Positions 44,660 through 45,878 of a DNA stretch of 45,878 bases are shown piece by piece; positions within the stretch are counted from its first letter, which is position 1; every line of letters starts with the position of its first letter. The notes under the pieces were generated by a model. That model did no database searches, was not told the origin of the DNA, and worked only from the letters and a program-made list of their open reading frames with translations. The stretch is taken from positions 1-45,878 of IMG/VR virus record IMGVR_UViG_3300046103_002528; one strand, written 5' to 3'. The stretch comes from a virus (Duplodnaviria > Caudoviricetes). Position numbers and translations under genes: made by a program.

Positions 44660-45578
44660 TTTCTTTTGTATAGTATTCTACACACTTTTGAATACCATCT
44701 TTCAGATTTGTTTTAATAAAATCTCTGCCGGCGGTCCACGTACTTCTATCACTCAAGTATGTTAGAGTTTTTGTTGTATCGATTTTCTTTTCCTTGACAC
44801 CAACATATTTATCCAAGTCGTGTTCGATTGAATTGGAGTCGTACCCATAGGCATCACAAACGAGAGAGGCAAATTCATTTATTGTATTGTCTTCTCCTGA
44901 GCCTAAATTGAATACTTGATTATCATACGGAAGAAGATTAATCATTGCATCAATAGCGTCATCTATGTAAATCAGTTCTCTCCTCTGTTCTCCATCTCCC
45001 CACACCACAAACTTCTCATCTTTGTGTTTTGCATTATAGCAATTTCGAATAAAGTCAAAAATGAAATGATTATCATCAAGTTCAAAGTCTGGTCCATATA
45101 GAGTGGATGGAATAAAGTACAACCACTTAAGTCCGTGTTGCTTTCCTATCGACTCAAGACCATTCAATAACATACGCTTTGTCATAGCATATGTGTATAG
45201 ACTTTCTTCTGGTTCGCCCAAAAGATAATTCTCTTCCTTCATATGAATTCCAGGCGAATAAGAACAACTAGTTCCCATACAAATCATCTTTGCTTGTGGT
45301 TGCCACCCCTGCCAGTACCGCAGAGCATTTGTATTGATTGTTTGATTTTCTAACCACTGGGTGCCAGGATACTTTAAACAATAGTCTCCTGCTTTTGTTA
45401 CAGCGGCTAAGTGAAAAATATAATCAAACTCGGTATCATTAAAACACCAGAGGTTATCAATTCTGCTCAGACTGGCGTGCTTTGTATTTGAGATAGATAC
45501 ATCCCATCCTAGTTCTTTTAACTTTCGAACTAGATGGGTTCCTAAAAATCCTGTTGCACCTGTTACTAATACTTTCAT
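44646..45578 (-). CDS. GDP-L-fucose synthase-like NAD-dependent epimerase/reductase
   Basis: TGATGFLG, HLAA, GTSCSY, YAMTKR, LYGP, VWGDG...RE.IY.DD. Confidence 0.88.
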   Translation of the reverse strand: MKVLVTGATGFLGTHLVRKLKELGWDVSISNTKHASLSRIDNLWCFNDTEFDYIFHLAAVTKAGDYCLKYPGTQWLENQTINTNALRYWQGWQPQAKMICMGTSCSYSPGIHMKEENYLLGEPEESLYTYAMTKRMLLNGLESIGKQHGLKWLYFIPSTLYGPDFELDDNHFIFDFIRNCYNAKHKDEKFVVWGDGEQRRELIYIDDAIDAMINLLPYDNQVFNLGSGEDNTINEFASLVCDAYGYDSNSIEHDLDKYVGVKEKKIDTTKTLTYLSDRSTWTAGRDFIKTNLKDGIQKCVEYYTKEIEKE

Positions 45579-45878
45579 TTTTCTTCATTCTCAATATATT
45601 CATTGATACAAATATCAACAACTTCAGAAATATCCCGAATACTAGGAACAATTTCTTTTAGTTTGTTATTGGAAATTATACAATTAGACCTCTTAGCAGA
45701 AGTAATATCGTCCAGTTGTTTGGGGGTAAGTGCTGTAGTTTTCATTTCATCACCCTTCAATTCGTGGTATCTTTTTACAATTTCAAATGGACTCATTGTA
45801 TCACTGTTGACCATATTAAATATTCCAGTACATTTATTTTCCATTAAATGTAAAGTTGCTTTTAAAAATTCTGGAACA
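45575..45878 (-). CDS. Partial (5'-truncated) nucleotide-rhamnose epimerase/reductase-like protein
   Basis: Frame is open to the window end; TGIFN..N...RSNC.....KL C-terminal motif. Confidence 0.7.
   Translation of the reverse strand, partial: VPEFLKATLHLMENKCTGIFNMVNSDTMSPFEIVKRYHELKGDEMKTTALTPKQLDDITSAKRSNCIISNNKLKEIVPSIRDISEVVDICINEYIENEEK

Noticed and set aside
236-45651. Numerous 60-170 aa antisense or alternate-frame ORFs in the track (e.g. 8099-8557, 21644-22144, 37106-37585)
   Set aside because: They overlap well-supported genes or RNA genes, lack RBS and motifs, and look like shadow ORFs
1-45878. CRISPR array, reverse transcriptase, retron/DGR, integrase or transposase
   Set aside because: No regularly spaced repeats and no RT, recombinase or transposase motifs seen in any ORF; the only clear direct repeat is the paralog 5' end
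1-45878. Stop-codon reassignment (alternative genetic code)
   Set aside because: Core genes are full length in the standard code, TAA, TAG and TGA all serve as stops, and there is no suppressor tRNA

Overview
About 46 kb of a large, AT-rich T4-like (Tevenvirinae/Kyanoviridae-style) myophage genome. From left to right it carries: (1) an early region of small ORFs behind sigma70-type promoters, with guaC, a DNA methyltransferase and five tRNAs that all read A-ending codons, including a rare tRNA-Ile(UAU); (2) a ~500-nt ORF-free, multi-domain structured RNA candidate (6080-6565) and a circularly permuted two-piece tmRNA gene (8522-8834); (3) a late region with likely capsid-packaged proteins bearing T4-like capsid-targeting leaders, among them a KxDG ligase-like nucleotidyltransferase and a HIGH-motif nucleotidyltransferase/RimK/retropepsin triple fusion, plus cell-envelope genes (dockerin-like/beta-helix protein, trypsin-like lipoprotein, porin); (4) the T4 replication core (nrdJ, thyX, gp61, gp41, uvsX, gp43), a lysozyme and dUTPase; (5) a long nucleotide-sugar/glycosylation cluster that runs off the right end. 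The porin N-terminus and the dockerin-like motif suggest a Planctomycetota (Phycisphaerae-like) host; this is an inference. All calls come from reading motifs by eye, with no database searches.
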